Assembly (NCBI GenBank): GCA_051866635.1
Contig: JBJDXJ010000046.1
Location: 16,168-80,167 of the forward strand
From: Clostridia bacterium
Lineage (GTDB): Bacteria > Bacillota > Clostridia > UMGS1883
Length of the DNA stretch: 64,000 nucleotides
Direction of reading: 5' to 3'
Positions 28,582-38,958 of the stretch are shown in pieces (position 1 is the stretch's first letter; every line of letters begins with the position of its first letter). Both the position numbers and the translations under genes were made by a program. A model generated the notes under the pieces. That model was not told the origin of the DNA and did not search any database. It worked only from the letters and a program-made list of their open reading frames with translations.

Positions 28582-29694
28582 TTATTCGTTATTTTGAGAA
28601 GAATATCTCAAATATTCATTTATAAAACCGTCTATATCCCCGTCCATAGTTGCACCGATATTACCAACTTCATAGTTTGTACGGTGGTCCTTAACCATGG
28701 TGTAGGGATGGAACACATAAGAACGAATTTGACTACCCCATGCGATTTCCTTCTGAACGCCCTTTATGTCTTCAATCTTTTCCTTATGTTCTGCTTCTGC
28801 AATTTCAGCAAGTTTTGCCTTAAGCATCTTCATACACATATCCTTGTTCTGGAACTGGCTTCTTTCATTCTGGCATGCAACAGTAACACCTGTGGGAATA
28901 TGTGTAAGTCTTACCGCAGAAGATGTTTTGTTTACGTGCTGACCGCCTGCACCGCTTGCCCTGAACACGTCCATCTTAATATCTTCAGGTCTTATATTAA
29001 CCTCAATTGTGTCGTCAATGTCGGGCATTACTTCAACAGATGCAAAGGATGTGTGCCTTCTTCCTGCCGAGTCAAAGGGAGAAATTCTAACGAGTCTGTG
29101 GATACCCTTTTCACACTTGGCATATCCGTATGCGTTATCCCCTTCAATAAGGATGGTAGCACCCTTTATGCCGGCTTCATCACCGTCAAGATAATCAATT
29201 GTAGATACGGAAAATCCACGTTTTTCAGCCCACATCTGATACATACGAAGAAGCATACTGCACCAGTCCTGAGCTTCTGTTCCGCCTGCACCGGCATGGA
29301 GAGTTATAATTGCATCGTTTTTGTCGTAGGGACCTGACAAAAGTGTTTCAAGTTTTGTGGTTTCAATGTTATTAACTAAGCCTTCAACGCCTGCTTTAAC
29401 TTCATCAAGGAAACTTAAATCATCCTCTTCCTCCGCAAGCTCAATAATTGTAAGAAGGTCCTCACGTTCACTTTTGATTTTTTCAAAGTGTTCAATCTTG
29501 CCCTTAAGCTGTTTAAGCTGTTTTAAAACCTTCTGGCTTTTATCCATGTCAGAATAAAAGTCAGGGTTCATTGTTTCCTGCTCTAAAGTTTCTGCCTGCT
29601 TTTTAACGCCTTCAATGCCCAGTGACTTACCAAGCTCCTCAATTTCCCCGGCAAGAGCGTTAAGATTTAATTTATACTGATCGTATTCAACCAT
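28582..29694 (-). CDS. prfB: Peptide chain release factor 2
   Basis: The SPF tripeptide (ISPFDS) and the GGQ motif (SGAGGQHVN) are present. The 370-aa ORF is continuous, with no programmed +1 frameshift site. The gene lies downstream of secA, as in other Firmicutes. Confidence 0.9.
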   Translation of the reverse strand: MVEYDQYKLNLNALAGEIEELGKSLGIEGVKKQAETLEQETMNPDFYSDMDKSQKVLKQLKQLKGKIEHFEKIKSEREDLLTIIELAEEEDDLSFLDEVKAGVEGLVNNIETTKLETLLSGPYDKNDAIITLHAGAGGTEAQDWCSMLLRMYQMWAEKRGFSVSTIDYLDGDEAGIKGATILIEGDNAYGYAKCEKGIHRLVRISPFDSAGRRHTSFASVEVMPDIDDTIEVNIRPEDIKMDVFRASGAGGQHVNKTSSAVRLTHIPTGVTVACQNERSQFQNKDMCMKMLKAKLAEIAEAEHKEKIEDIKGVQKEIAWGSQIRSYVFHPYTMVKDHRTNYEVGNIGATMDGDIDGFINEYLRYSSQNNE

Positions 29695-29744
29695 TTTGCA
29701 ACATTCCTTTCGCTGTAGATATATTTAGTTCAACTAAAAACCTA

Positions 29745-32546
29745 TCAGGGATTTTCATTCAATCCACAGCACTGCTTGTATTTTTTACCGCTTCCGCAGG
29801 GGCAAGGGTCATTACGTCCAATCTTAGGTTCCAATCTTCTTACAGGCTGTTTTTTCACACTGCCATCACTGCCACCGGAGGCTACCGCTTTCTTCAAATC
29901 GGGGCCCTTCATTAATGAAGGTGCTTTTTCGCCGCCCATTTTTGCGTTCTTTTCGGCAACCGCATCTGCCACCCTTACATTCATGGCAGGCACAACGCCC
30001 ATTACATATTTTACAGTATCCTCCTGCATAAGGTCAACCATTTCTTCGAACATATCAAAACCAACCATCTTGTATTCGTTCACTATGTCGTGGTTACCGT
30101 AAGCACGGAGTCTGATTTCGTTTTTAAGCTGATCCATTGCATCCACATGTTCAATCCAGTGGTTGTCAACAGATTTAAGCATAATCTTTCTTTCGATTTC
30201 CCTCATTCTTTCTTCGCCGAATACATTTTCCTGCTCTTTATACCTTATTTGAGCATTCTTAATTACTTCATCGCGAATTTTTTCACGTGTAACCTTATTT
30301 ATATCCATTGCAGAAATATCGATAAAGTTCTTTTTGTGGAAAATCTGTTCGCAGTAGCTTTCAAATTCAGCTATAAGCCAGTAGTCGGGATAATCTGCGT
30401 TAAGGAATTTTGTTATTGCGTTATCAGTAAGCTTTTCAATCATCTTTTCGATGGCAGGCTTAATATTTTCACCGTCTAAAACCTGTCGTCTCTGCTTGTA
30501 GATAATTTCACGCTGTGTATTTACAACATCATCAAACTGCAACACATTTTTACGCATGTCGTAGTTTCTGCCTTCAATATTCTTCTGGGCGTTTTCAATT
30601 ACACCCGATAAAATCTTTTCGTCTATTACATCGTCCTCGTCAATCTTCATTGTGGACAAAAGTCTCTTAACTCTGTCACCGCCGAAAAGACGAAGAAGGT
30701 CATCTTCAAAGGAAACATAGAACTTTGCCTTACCGGGGTCACCCTGTCTGCCGCTTCGACCCTGGAGCTGGTTGTCAATTCGCCTTGATTCGTGGCGTTC
30801 CGTACCGATTACATACAAACCGCCTGCCTTAACAACTTCTTCCCTTTCAGGTTCAATTTCCTTCTTATATTCTTCATAATATTTTGCATATGTTGCTCTT
30901 GCATCAATGATTTCCTGATCTTCTGTTTCAGCATAGCCTGTTGCTTCCACAATCAAGTCTTCACTGTAGCCTTCCTTCTGCATTCTGCTTTTTGCCATAT
31001 ATTCAGCATTACCGCCCAAAAGGATATCCGTACCACGTCCTGCCATGTTTGTGGCAATTGTAACGGCACCTTTTTTACCTGCCTGTGCAATAATCTGTGC
31101 TTCTGCTTCGTGATACTTGGCGTTAAGCACTCTATGTGTTACACCTTCACGCTTTAAAGCACGGGATAATTCTTCACTGCTGTCAATAGTTGCGGTACCT
31201 ACCAACACAGGTCTGCCCACAGCGTGTGCCGCCTTAATTTCGTTTACAATAGCTTTTATCTTAGCGTTATGAGTCATGTAAACAGCATCGTTGGCATCCT
31301 CACGTATAACGGGAGAATTTGTAGGTATTGCCACAACGTCAAGGGCATAAGTACCCCTGAATTCGTCCTCTTCAGTTAAGGCTGTACCTGTCATACCGGA
31401 AAGCTTCTTGTACATTCTGAAATAGTTCTGAACTGTAATTGTAGCAACAGTTTTGCTTTCGTTCTTTACCTTTAAGCCTTCCTTCATTTCGATAGCCTGA
31501 TGAAGACCGTTGGAATATCTTCTTCCCACAGCAATACGGCCTGTAAAGCTGTCAACAATAAGAACTTCCCCGTCCTTTACAACATAGTCATCGTCCTTTT
31601 TCATAACACCGTGAGCCTTAAGGGCAATGTTAATGTGATGAACAATACTCATGTTATTGGGATCGGAAAGGTTTTCAATATTGAAAAACTGTTCGGCTTT
31701 CTTTGTACCACGTTCTGTAAGTGTGGCATTCTTCGCTTTTTCGTCCACAATAAAGTCACAGTCAAGGTTGACACTTTCTTCCTTGCTGTCAAAGGACTCA
31801 ACCTTTAACATTTTTAATGTTCTTACAAATCTGTCTGCCACCATGTAAAGGGCATCAGCCTCTGAATCGGGACAGCTGATTATATGAGGTGTTCTCGCTT
31901 CGTCAATTAAAATTGAGTCAACTTCATCCACGATGGCATAATTGTGCTTACGCTGAACAACCTGGGATTTTTCTGTTCTGAGGTTATCCCACAAATAGTC
32001 AAAGGCAAATTCGCTGTTTGTACCGTAAGTTATGTCAGCGGCATATGCAACATGCTTTTCTTCCTGTGTTCCCTGAGGGATAATAAGCCCTACAGTAAGA
32101 CCAAGGTAACGGTACACCTTTCCCATCCATTCGCTGTCACGCTTTGCAAGATATTCGTTGGCAGTTACAATATGCACACCATTACCCTCAATAGCATTAA
32201 GGTATGCAGGAAGTGTTGCAACAAGTGTCTTACCTTCACCTGTTTTCATTTCGGCAATTCTGCCCTGATGAAGGATAATACCGCCTATAATCTGCACGGG
32301 GAAATGCTTCATCCCCAAAACTCTCCAGCTGGCTTCTCTGACAGTTGCAAAAGCCTCGGGAAGTATGTCGTCCAAGGTTTCACCCTTTTTAAGTCTCTGG
32401 CGGAACTGTTCCGTTTTACCCTTAAGCTCATCTTCACTTAATTGCGAATATTCCTCCTCAAGGGAAAGGACCTTTTCCTTCAAGGGTTGTATTTTTTTTA
32501 CTTCTTTAGTTGAATAATCACCAAAAATTTTTGAAAAAAGACCCAT
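29745..32546 (-). CDS. secA: Preprotein translocase ATPase SecA
   Basis: DEAD-like motor domains. The C-terminal zinc-binding tail is [14 protein letters not shown]. The start is chosen at MGLFSKIFG (32546) rather than the tool's 32558. Confidence 0.9.
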   Translation of the reverse strand: MGLFSKIFGDYSTKEVKKIQPLKEKVLSLEEEYSQLSEDELKGKTEQFRQRLKKGETLDDILPEAFATVREASWRVLGMKHFPVQIIGGIILHQGRIAEMKTGEGKTLVATLPAYLNAIEGNGVHIVTANEYLAKRDSEWMGKVYRYLGLTVGLIIPQGTQEEKHVAYAADITYGTNSEFAFDYLWDNLRTEKSQVVQRKHNYAIVDEVDSILIDEARTPHIISCPDSEADALYMVADRFVRTLKMLKVESFDSKEESVNLDCDFIVDEKAKNATLTERGTKKAEQFFNIENLSDPNNMSIVHHINIALKAHGVMKKDDDYVVKDGEVLIVDSFTGRIAVGRRYSNGLHQAIEMKEGLKVKNESKTVATITVQNYFRMYKKLSGMTGTALTEEDEFRGTYALDVVAIPTNSPVIREDANDAVYMTHNAKIKAIVNEIKAAHAVGRPVLVGTATIDSSEELSRALKREGVTHRVLNAKYHEAEAQIIAQAGKKGAVTIATNMAGRGTDILLGGNAEYMAKSRMQKEGYSEDLIVEATGYAETEDQEIIDARATYAKYYEEYKKEIEPEREEVVKAGGLYVIGTERHESRRIDNQLQGRSGRQGDPGKAKFYVSFEDDLLRLFGGDRVKRLLSTMKIDEDDVIDEKILSGVIENAQKNIEGRNYDMRKNVLQFDDVVNTQREIIYKQRRQVLDGENIKPAIEKMIEKLTDNAITKFLNADYPDYWLIAEFESYCEQIFHKKNFIDISAMDINKVTREKIRDEVIKNAQIRYKEQENVFGEERMREIERKIMLKSVDNHWIEHVDAMDQLKNEIRLRAYGNHDIVNEYKMVGFDMFEEMVDLMQEDTVKYVMGVVPAMNVRVADAVAEKNAKMGGEKAPSLMKGPDLKKAVASGGSDGSVKKQPVRRLEPKIGRNDPCPCGSGKKYKQCCGLNENP

Positions 32547-32599
32547 CTGTATCACCATTTTCTATTTATTACCGAGCATACAAAAACTCATTATATAAT

Positions 32600-32628
32600 A
32601 TTGTACCACATAATAATAACCATGTCAA
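32600..32628 (-). promoter_or_regulatory. Candidate secA promoter
   Basis: On the minus strand: TTGACA, then a 17-nt spacer, then an extended -10 TGgTACAAT. Confidence 0.5.
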
Positions 32629-32644
32629 ATTAATAAACAGTTAA

Positions 32645-34423
32645 TTATATTGCCTTTGTTTCATTTAAAAGCCACGCTCTTTCATCTTCCGACAAATAAG
32701 GCGACAGTTTTTCGTAAACCTTTTCATGAAAATCATTTAACCACTTAATTTCATCATCTGTTAAAAGGTTCTTATCAACAGCCCTTGTATCGATAGGACA
32801 GTATGAAATCATTTCAAACTGATAAAACTCACCATCGGAATTTTGGGTAAAAGGAACAACTATAACATCGTTTTCAATTCTTATACCGTATTTCCCCTCT
32901 TTGTAAACGCCGGGTTCAACGGTAACATTCATACCTAATTCCAAAGGTGCAGTATATCTCATCCTCGGTCCGAAGCCCTGAGGGCCTTCGTGAACATTTA
33001 AAAGATAGCCTACACCGTGACCTGTTCCGCACTTATAGTCAATGCCTTCATTCCACAAAAACTGACGGGCAAGAACATCAAGACAACTTCCCGTTGCACC
33101 CTTCAAGAATTTTGCTCTACAAAGGGCAATGTTACCTTTAAGTGTTAATGTATAAGCCTTCTTTTCTTCATCTGAAATTTTGCCTAATATAAGTGTACGT
33201 GTAATATCCGTTGTGCCGTCATAATACTGACCGCCTGAGTCAATTAAAAGCATACCGCTTTTTTCTATAACCGCACTATTATTTTCATTGGGGGAATAGT
33301 GCATCATTGCCGCATTAGATTTATAAGCCGCAATAGTATCAAAACTTGCACCTAAGTTTCCTTCCTGCTTTCCTCTTTCCTCCAAAAGTATGTCGCATAC
33401 ATCCTTTTCTCTCATACTTCCGCTTTCGGCATTATAAATTTTATAAAAACCTTTCACCAGTGCAACACAGTCTTTTATATAGGCATTTTTTAAATTCTCG
33501 TTTTCAACCTCGTTTTTAACAGCCTTCATTTTTTCAATAAAGTTTGCGGTTTCCTTAACTTCACAGCCTGCCGCCTTAAATAGCATGTAATTTGTATCGG
33601 CTCCGTTTAAGGCAATCTTGCCTGTGTTTAAAGCGGCAAGGTCACTGTAAATTTCGTCATACTCCTTAACAGTAACGCCGTTTTTATCAAGGTAAGCTTT
33701 TACCTCATCTGTCATCTGTTTTCCCGATACGTAAAAAATCGCTTCGTTTTCTGTTATTAAAGCGTAGCTCAATGCAAAGGGACAGCAATGAACATCGTTT
33801 GCACGAACATTGTAAAGCCACATTACCGCATCTAATGTGCCTGTGGCATAGTAGTCAACCTTTTCCTTACGCATATTTTCACGAAGCCTGTTAACCTTAC
33901 TTTCTGCACTTTCGCCTGTGTATTTTTCATCATGCAAGAAGAGCTTTGTATATGGAAGTGAATCCCTTCTCTCCCATATATAAGACAAATCCATGTCAAC
34001 TACAAGCTCAATACCCTTTTCGTTAAACTTTTTCTGCATATTTGTAACTGCATTTTTAGAAAAAAGTTTACCGTCTATACCTACACGGTCACCTTCCCGA
34101 AGTTCTTCGCAGAAAAATTCAATATAACTTATAACATTCGGTTCATATGCACGGTATAGTACAATTTCACTGCCTGAAAGCTCAATTTCTGCCTGAATGT
34201 AATATCTTCCATCTGTCCACAGACCGCTTTTTTTATCGGTCAATGCGAAGGTACCGGCACTTCCCGTAAAGCCTGAAATCCATCTGCGGAACCTGTAAAA
34301 ATCTGCCACATATTCAGAAATATGAGGATCCCCTGTAGGTATGATATATCCCTTTAAATTATTTTTATCCATTTCGTTTCTTAAAAGAGCAACCTTTTCA
34401 TTTGTTGTCATAATACATTTCAT
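32645..34423 (-). CDS. pepP: Xaa-Pro aminopeptidase (M24B family, long form)
   Basis: An N-terminal creatinase-like domain precedes the M24 catalytic domain. The metal-ligand motif is HGVGYLLNVHEGP. Confidence 0.8.
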   Translation of the reverse strand: MKCIMTTNEKVALLRNEMDKNNLKGYIIPTGDPHISEYVADFYRFRRWISGFTGSAGTFALTDKKSGLWTDGRYYIQAEIELSGSEIVLYRAYEPNVISYIEFFCEELREGDRVGIDGKLFSKNAVTNMQKKFNEKGIELVVDMDLSYIWERRDSLPYTKLFLHDEKYTGESAESKVNRLRENMRKEKVDYYATGTLDAVMWLYNVRANDVHCCPFALSYALITENEAIFYVSGKQMTDEVKAYLDKNGVTVKEYDEIYSDLAALNTGKIALNGADTNYMLFKAAGCEVKETANFIEKMKAVKNEVENENLKNAYIKDCVALVKGFYKIYNAESGSMREKDVCDILLEERGKQEGNLGASFDTIAAYKSNAAMMHYSPNENNSAVIEKSGMLLIDSGGQYYDGTTDITRTLILGKISDEEKKAYTLTLKGNIALCRAKFLKGATGSCLDVLARQFLWNEGIDYKCGTGHGVGYLLNVHEGPQGFGPRMRYTAPLELGMNVTVEPGVYKEGKYGIRIENDVIVVPFTQNSDGEFYQFEMISYCPIDTRAVDKNLLTDDEIKWLNDFHEKVYEKLSPYLSEDERAWLLNETKAI

Positions 34424-34443
34424 CCTTTCAGTTTAATTAACCC

Positions 34444-35442
34444 TCAGTCCAATCTGAGATTTGGAACTGCGTTAAGTGATAAATCACCACGTACGCCCTT
34501 TACATAATTAAGATATCCCGCACAGGAAATCATGGCTCCGTTGTCAGTACATAATTCAATAGGAGGGCAATAAAATTCCATCTTGTTTTTCTTTGCACTC
34601 TCCTCCATTTGTTTGCGTAAAAAGGTGTTTGCGGCAACGCCTCCTGCAAGTGCAATTTTATTGCATCCTACACTTTTTGCCGCATCGACGGTGTTCTCAA
34701 CCAAAACATCGCACACTGCACTTTGGAAAGAAGCCGCCACATCTGCCTTATTTATTTCTCTGCCCGCCTGTTCTTCCTTGTGAACATAGTTTATAACAGC
34801 TGTTTTCACACCGGAAAAACTAAAGTCAAAACCGCTTTTCGGTCTGGGGAATTTAATCGCATCACAATTTCCTTCTTCGGCTAACTTATTAACCTTAGGT
34901 CCGCCGGGGTATCCTAAGCCTAAAACCCTTGCAACCTTGTCAAAGGCTTCCCCCGCCGCATCGTCATGGGTCTGACCTAATATTTCAAAATCATGATAGT
35001 CCTTCATGTGAAGTATGTGACTGTGGCCCCCCGATGCCACAAGGCACACAAAGGGCGGTTCCAAAGTCTTATGTGCTATATAATTTGCCGCAATGTGACC
35101 TTGTATGTGATTAACGGGAATATTGGGCTTGCCTAAGCCATAGGCAAAGGCCTTTGCCGCAGATACACCTACCAAAAGTGCACCTACAAGACCGGGAGAA
35201 TATGTTACCGCAACTCCGTCAAGCTCTTCTTTTGTAATTTTTGCTTCTTTTAAAGCTTCATCAATAACCCATATGATTTTATCTATATGCTTTCTTGATG
35301 CTATTTCAGGCACCACACCACCATAGAGCGTATGTATATCAATCTGCGAATAAACAACATTGCTTAAAACTTCTCGCCCGTCACGTGTTACCGATGCCGC
35401 CGTTTCGTCACAGGAGGTTTCTATACCTAATATATATGCCAT
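34444..35442 (-). CDS. tsaD: tRNA N6-adenosine threonylcarbamoyltransferase
   Basis: The N-terminus [18 protein letters not shown] carries the Kae1/TsaD His-His metal motif. The start is moved to 35442. The tool's 35556 would overlap rimI. Confidence 0.9.
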   Translation of the reverse strand: MAYILGIETSCDETAASVTRDGREVLSNVVYSQIDIHTLYGGVVPEIASRKHIDKIIWVIDEALKEAKITKEELDGVAVTYSPGLVGALLVGVSAAKAFAYGLGKPNIPVNHIQGHIAANYIAHKTLEPPFVCLVASGGHSHILHMKDYHDFEILGQTHDDAAGEAFDKVARVLGLGYPGGPKVNKLAEEGNCDAIKFPRPKSGFDFSFSGVKTAVINYVHKEEQAGREINKADVAASFQSAVCDVLVENTVDAAKSVGCNKIALAGGVAANTFLRKQMEESAKKNKMEFYCPPIELCTDNGAMISCAGYLNYVKGVRGDLSLNAVPNLRLD

Positions 35443-35446
35443 GTTA

Positions 35447-35887
35447 TCAATCCTTTCCAAAACATAAATCCATAAGCACCCCGTCACAAACAGGGTTACT
35501 GTAGTAATTTTTTCGAATTCCCACCTTTTTGAACCCCAACGATTCATAAAGGGCAATGGCAGGGTAATTGTTCGCTCTTACTTCCAGGGTAAAAAACTTA
35601 ACTGAGTCATTTTTTGCAATTTCAATAACCCTTTCAAAAAGCTCTTTCCCGTAACCTTTTCGTCTGTAATCCGGATGAACTGCCACAGAAATAATCTGCC
35701 CTTCGTCAAGTACCTTTTCATAGCATAAAAACGCCACAAAATCCCCATCAAAAAGCCCGTAACAATAGTAGCTTTCCCTTTTAAGGTCACTTATCATGGT
35801 TTCTTTTTTCAATGGGTCCGAAAAAGACTTAACTTCTATATCATATATTTTATCAATATCTTCTGATGTACATCTTTTTACTATCAT
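35447..35887 (-). CDS. rimI: Ribosomal-protein-alanine N-acetyltransferase (GNAT)
   Basis: The GNAT acetyl-CoA motif is [14 protein letters not shown]. The gene is adjacent to tsaD, as in the conserved tsaB-rimI-tsaD arrangement. Confidence 0.8.
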   Translation of the reverse strand: MIVKRCTSEDIDKIYDIEVKSFSDPLKKETMISDLKRESYYCYGLFDGDFVAFLCYEKVLDEGQIISVAVHPDYRRKGYGKELFERVIEIAKNDSVKFFTLEVRANNYPAIALYESLGFKKVGIRKNYYSNPVCDGVLMDLCFGKD

Positions 35888-36309
35888 TTCAATTTCTCAA
35901 CTATTTTTTCAATATAACCGTATAACTCTTTTGCACATTTGTCATATACTTCCTGACTTTTGCCATATGGGTCAGAAATATCCTCTCCGTCTGCATATTC
36001 CCCGATTGTAAACACATTTGCATCAGCTACAGCGGACAAAATTGCATCTTTATGGCTTTTTGTCATGGTAAGAATTAAATCAGCACTTTCCACATCTTCT
36101 TTTGTCAGTTGCCTTGACACATGACCTGTTATATCAATTCCCATTTTTTCCATGGCTTTAACAGCCTTTTCACTTGCAGGATTTCCCTCCTCTGCCATAA
36201 GACCACGGGATGCGGCACCTTGTGAGAAGAAGTTAAAAATCCCTTCTGCCATAGGACTGCGGCATGTATTGCCTGTGCATACAAATAAAACTCTTTTCAC
36301 GTCTATCAA
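35884..36309 (-). CDS. Low-molecular-weight protein phosphatase (YwlE-like arginine/tyrosine phosphatase)
   Basis: The C-X5-R P-loop is VLFVCTGNTCRSPMAEG. A DPY motif is present. Confidence 0.8.
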   Translation of the reverse strand: MIDVKRVLFVCTGNTCRSPMAEGIFNFFSQGAASRGLMAEEGNPASEKAVKAMEKMGIDITGHVSRQLTKEDVESADLILTMTKSHKDAILSAVADANVFTIGEYADGEDISDPYGKSQEVYDKCAKELYGYIEKIVEKLK

Positions 36310-36635
36310 AACCCCTTATTTATCGGATTTTCTTCCTTTAATCTCTTTCTTTTATTATAAGTATAACCCATAATTTTACACGTAATTTCTTCTTCCTTCA
36401 TAAAAAGAAGCTTTAGTGCAACAACAGTATAATATCACACATAAAGCATTTTTTCCACATTTATTTTGTTTTTCTTTAAATTTATATTCCGCAGTTGTCA
36501 ATGATATACTCCCATTAGAGTAGACACTTGAAATAACAAAAAGATTTCAAGACTATTCTAAGGGGAGTATATCAAAATGAGCAAGGGTCAATACTTAAGA
36601 AATATTAAAAATGGTAAATATAGATAGGGATTATA

Positions 36636-36674
36636 AAAGACTTCGGAGAATTTTTCCGAAGTCTTTTCTTTTAA
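36636..36674 (+). terminator. Rho-independent terminator inside the non-coding islet
   Basis: AAGACTTCGGA-gaattttt-TCCGAAGTCTT-TTCTTTT. Confidence 0.65.
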
Positions 36675-36990
36675 TCACTATCCTTTTTCTTTTTCCATAA
36701 CGATATCGCCATTACAATGTGGATGTGCCTATTTTTTTAGCAAAAAGAAATAACCGCCCAAGTGACCAAACATTCAAGTGTAATCATTGCAGTTATACTT
36801 ATACTTAGTAGCGATTTTTAATAGGGGAGAGAGCATAACAAAAGAGCCGGTCAAACGACTGACTCTTGGTGTTTATGTTTACCTACCATACTCCTTATCC
36901 ACAATTTGTACCTCCTAATTTAAAATTATTTAAGTTGCCAATCTATATAGATTTTGGTATATTTTTCTGGTTTTTTTAATTAGTATAGAC

Positions 36991-37040
36991 AAAAAGAAGC
37001 ACCCACGGAGGAAATTTAATCCTTTTTGGGTGCTTTTGCT
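36991..37040. terminator. Terminator-like hairpin downstream of mazF
   Basis: AAGCACCCA ... TGGGTGCTT forms a 9-bp stem with a 21-nt loop. T/A-rich flanks sit on both sides. Confidence 0.45.
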
Positions 37041-37041
37041 T

Positions 37042-37380
37042 TTAAATCATTTCAATAAATGAGTAAACCATATCAACCACTTCCAGAAGTTTATCATCAG
37101 GCAGCTTTTCAATAAATGCTGCCTGTCGTGCCGTTGCATCAAGCATTTTTGCTTGTTCACACAATATAACACCTGTTGTCTTTGTCCTGTTGTCTAACTC
37201 AACGTGAAAGGGGTGACTTTTGTTGGTGCTAGTTATCGGGCACAGCATAAGCATAGCACTTAACCTGTTAAAAGTATTATTGCTTATAACCACAGCGGGT
37301 CTTCTTCCCATTTGCTCATGCCCTGCTTGAGGGTTTAGTGTAATATACACAATATCGCCTTGCTCAAATATATTTACCAT
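37042..37380 (-). CDS. mazF: Type II toxin MazF/PemK family endoribonuclease
   Basis: The 112-aa protein shows the PemK-like fold signature, GDIVYITLNPQAGHEQMGRRPAVVIS...LCPITS. It overlaps the upstream antitoxin gene by 7 nt. Confidence 0.85.
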   Translation of the reverse strand: MVNIFEQGDIVYITLNPQAGHEQMGRRPAVVISNNTFNRLSAMLMLCPITSTNKSHPFHVELDNRTKTTGVILCEQAKMLDATARQAAFIEKLPDDKLLEVVDMVYSFIEMI

Positions 37381-37643
37381 ACTTCTTCACCCACAGGACT
37401 ACCTGTGTCAATCTCTTCTGGCTGCTCTACTGAGCCGATTTGTTCTATTGGCTTACCGTAAAATGCTTCAAGACGGTCTTGCAGAGTGATATGCTTATGC
37501 TTTTCTGCCTTTCTCAGTATTATGCAATCTTCGGAAGCTATCACTTCAACCTTGTCATTCTCTTTAAAGTTCAACTGGTCAAGGATTATTTTCGGAATTC
37601 TTATCCCTTGTGAGTTCCCCCACTTTTGTATTGTTGCGTTCAT
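37374..37643 (-). CDS. mazE: Type II antitoxin MazE (AbrB/SpoVT-type swapped-hairpin domain)
   Basis: MNATIQKWGNSQGIRIPKIILDQL matches the MazE N-terminus. The start is chosen at 37643, with RBS AAGGAG at an 8-nt spacing. The tool's longer ORF, to 37751, lacks an RBS. Confidence 0.8.
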   Translation of the reverse strand: MNATIQKWGNSQGIRIPKIILDQLNFKENDKVEVIASEDCIILRKAEKHKHITLQDRLEAFYGKPIEQIGSVEQPEEIDTGSPVGEEVW

Positions 37644-37664
37644 ACTATCAACTCCTTTAATGTA

Positions 37665-37693
37665 AGTATATACAAAGTTTATACACCTGTCAA
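37665..37693 (-). promoter_or_regulatory. mazEF promoter with an overlapping short inverted repeat (candidate autoregulatory operator)
   Basis: On the minus strand: TTGACA, then a 17-nt spacer, then TATACT. A GTATA-n9-TATAC inverted repeat lies within the spacer. Confidence 0.5.
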
Positions 37694-37891
37694 TAGTAAT
37701 ATTCAAAAATAGCTCAATTCTTTCACTCAATAACAATAAAAACACCCTCAACCGTTCAAAGTTAAGGATGCTTATTTTAGCTAAATTATTTCCATTAATT
37801 CTTATATTTATTTATGTTCTCCAAACCCTTTTGACACAAAATCACAGGAGGACTTTTTGTGACTATTTCTGTCGGAAGGGCACAACTATTT

Positions 37892-38881
37892 TTATATTAC
37901 CTTTCCGCCTGCCGATTTTAAAAGCCTGTTACGTACCGCCACACCTATTCCCTTATTTTCGGGAAGTGTGGCGTAGATTTTTTCTATGCCTTCATCATCT
38001 GCTTTCCGAAGGAGATAAAAAAGCCTTGCGGCATAGTCCTTATCTGTGGCACCTGCGGAATAAAAGCGGGCGTTTTTAGCATAGCTCTTAAACATATCGT
38101 AAGTTATAACAGCAGTTTTCCCATCATCGGGAATTGTGATGCTTTTAATATCATTAACAGCAACAACATCTGCCTTAGGACTGTAATGGGTATATTTCAT
38201 GCCGGGACACTTGGGAGCATCCGAATATTCGCCCCCGTAAATACAATCACCGCATACATTTTCGATATCTTCCCTCGTAATTGCACCGGGACGCAGAATA
38301 ACGGGCACTTCACCTGTCATGTCAACCACCGTGGACTCAACCCCTATAGTGCATTCGCCCCCGTCAATTATCATGTCTACCCTTCCATCCATATCTTGTT
38401 TGCAATGTAAAAATGTAGTAGGACTTGGGCTTCCCGACAAATTGGCAGAAGGAGCCGCAATAGGGGTGCCTGATAGTCGTATAAGTGCATTTGCAACGGG
38501 ATGTGACGGCATCCTTACAGAAACGGTATCCAAATTAGCAGATACTATATCGGGAACATTATCTTTTCTTTTTAATATGATTGTCAACGGTCCGCCCCAA
38601 TACTCCTCCATAAGGTTCTTTGCCTTTTTGGGCACCTCCCTTGCCAGCATATTAACAGAGTCAATATCGGCAATATGTGAAATCAAAGGATTGTCAGAGG
38701 GTCTGCCCTTTGCCTTGTATATGTTTCCCACAGCCTGAGAGTTAAAGGTATCTGCCCCCAAGCCATACACAGTTTCAGTGGGAAAAGCCACCAATCCCCC
38801 CTTTTTTATACACTCTGCCGCTTCCTTAAGAACGCTTTCGTCAAAGGATAAGGGGTTTACTTTTACATAAACAGTTTTCAT
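37892..38881 (-). CDS. tsaC: L-threonylcarbamoyladenylate synthase (Sua5/YwlC type, with C-terminal Sua5 domain)
   Basis: The YrdC domain motif is AFPTETVYGLGADTFNSQAVGNIYKAKGRPSDNPL. The 329-aa length points to the long Sua5 form. Confidence 0.85.
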   Translation of the reverse strand: MKTVYVKVNPLSFDESVLKEAAECIKKGGLVAFPTETVYGLGADTFNSQAVGNIYKAKGRPSDNPLISHIADIDSVNMLAREVPKKAKNLMEEYWGGPLTIILKRKDNVPDIVSANLDTVSVRMPSHPVANALIRLSGTPIAAPSANLSGSPSPTTFLHCKQDMDGRVDMIIDGGECTIGVESTVVDMTGEVPVILRPGAITREDIENVCGDCIYGGEYSDAPKCPGMKYTHYSPKADVVAVNDIKSITIPDDGKTAVITYDMFKSYAKNARFYSAGATDKDYAARLFYLLRKADDEGIEKIYATLPENKGIGVAVRNRLLKSAGGKVI

Positions 38882-38958
38882 AAAACTAACCTTCTATACT
38901 CAAAAAGAAGTATCAATCAGGATAATTGATACTTCTTCTTTATTTTTGTACAATGCAT

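Noticed and set aside
28582-29694. Expected +1 programmed frameshift in prfB
   Set aside because: The ORF is continuous, so no frameshift feature was called. The observation is kept as a finding instead.
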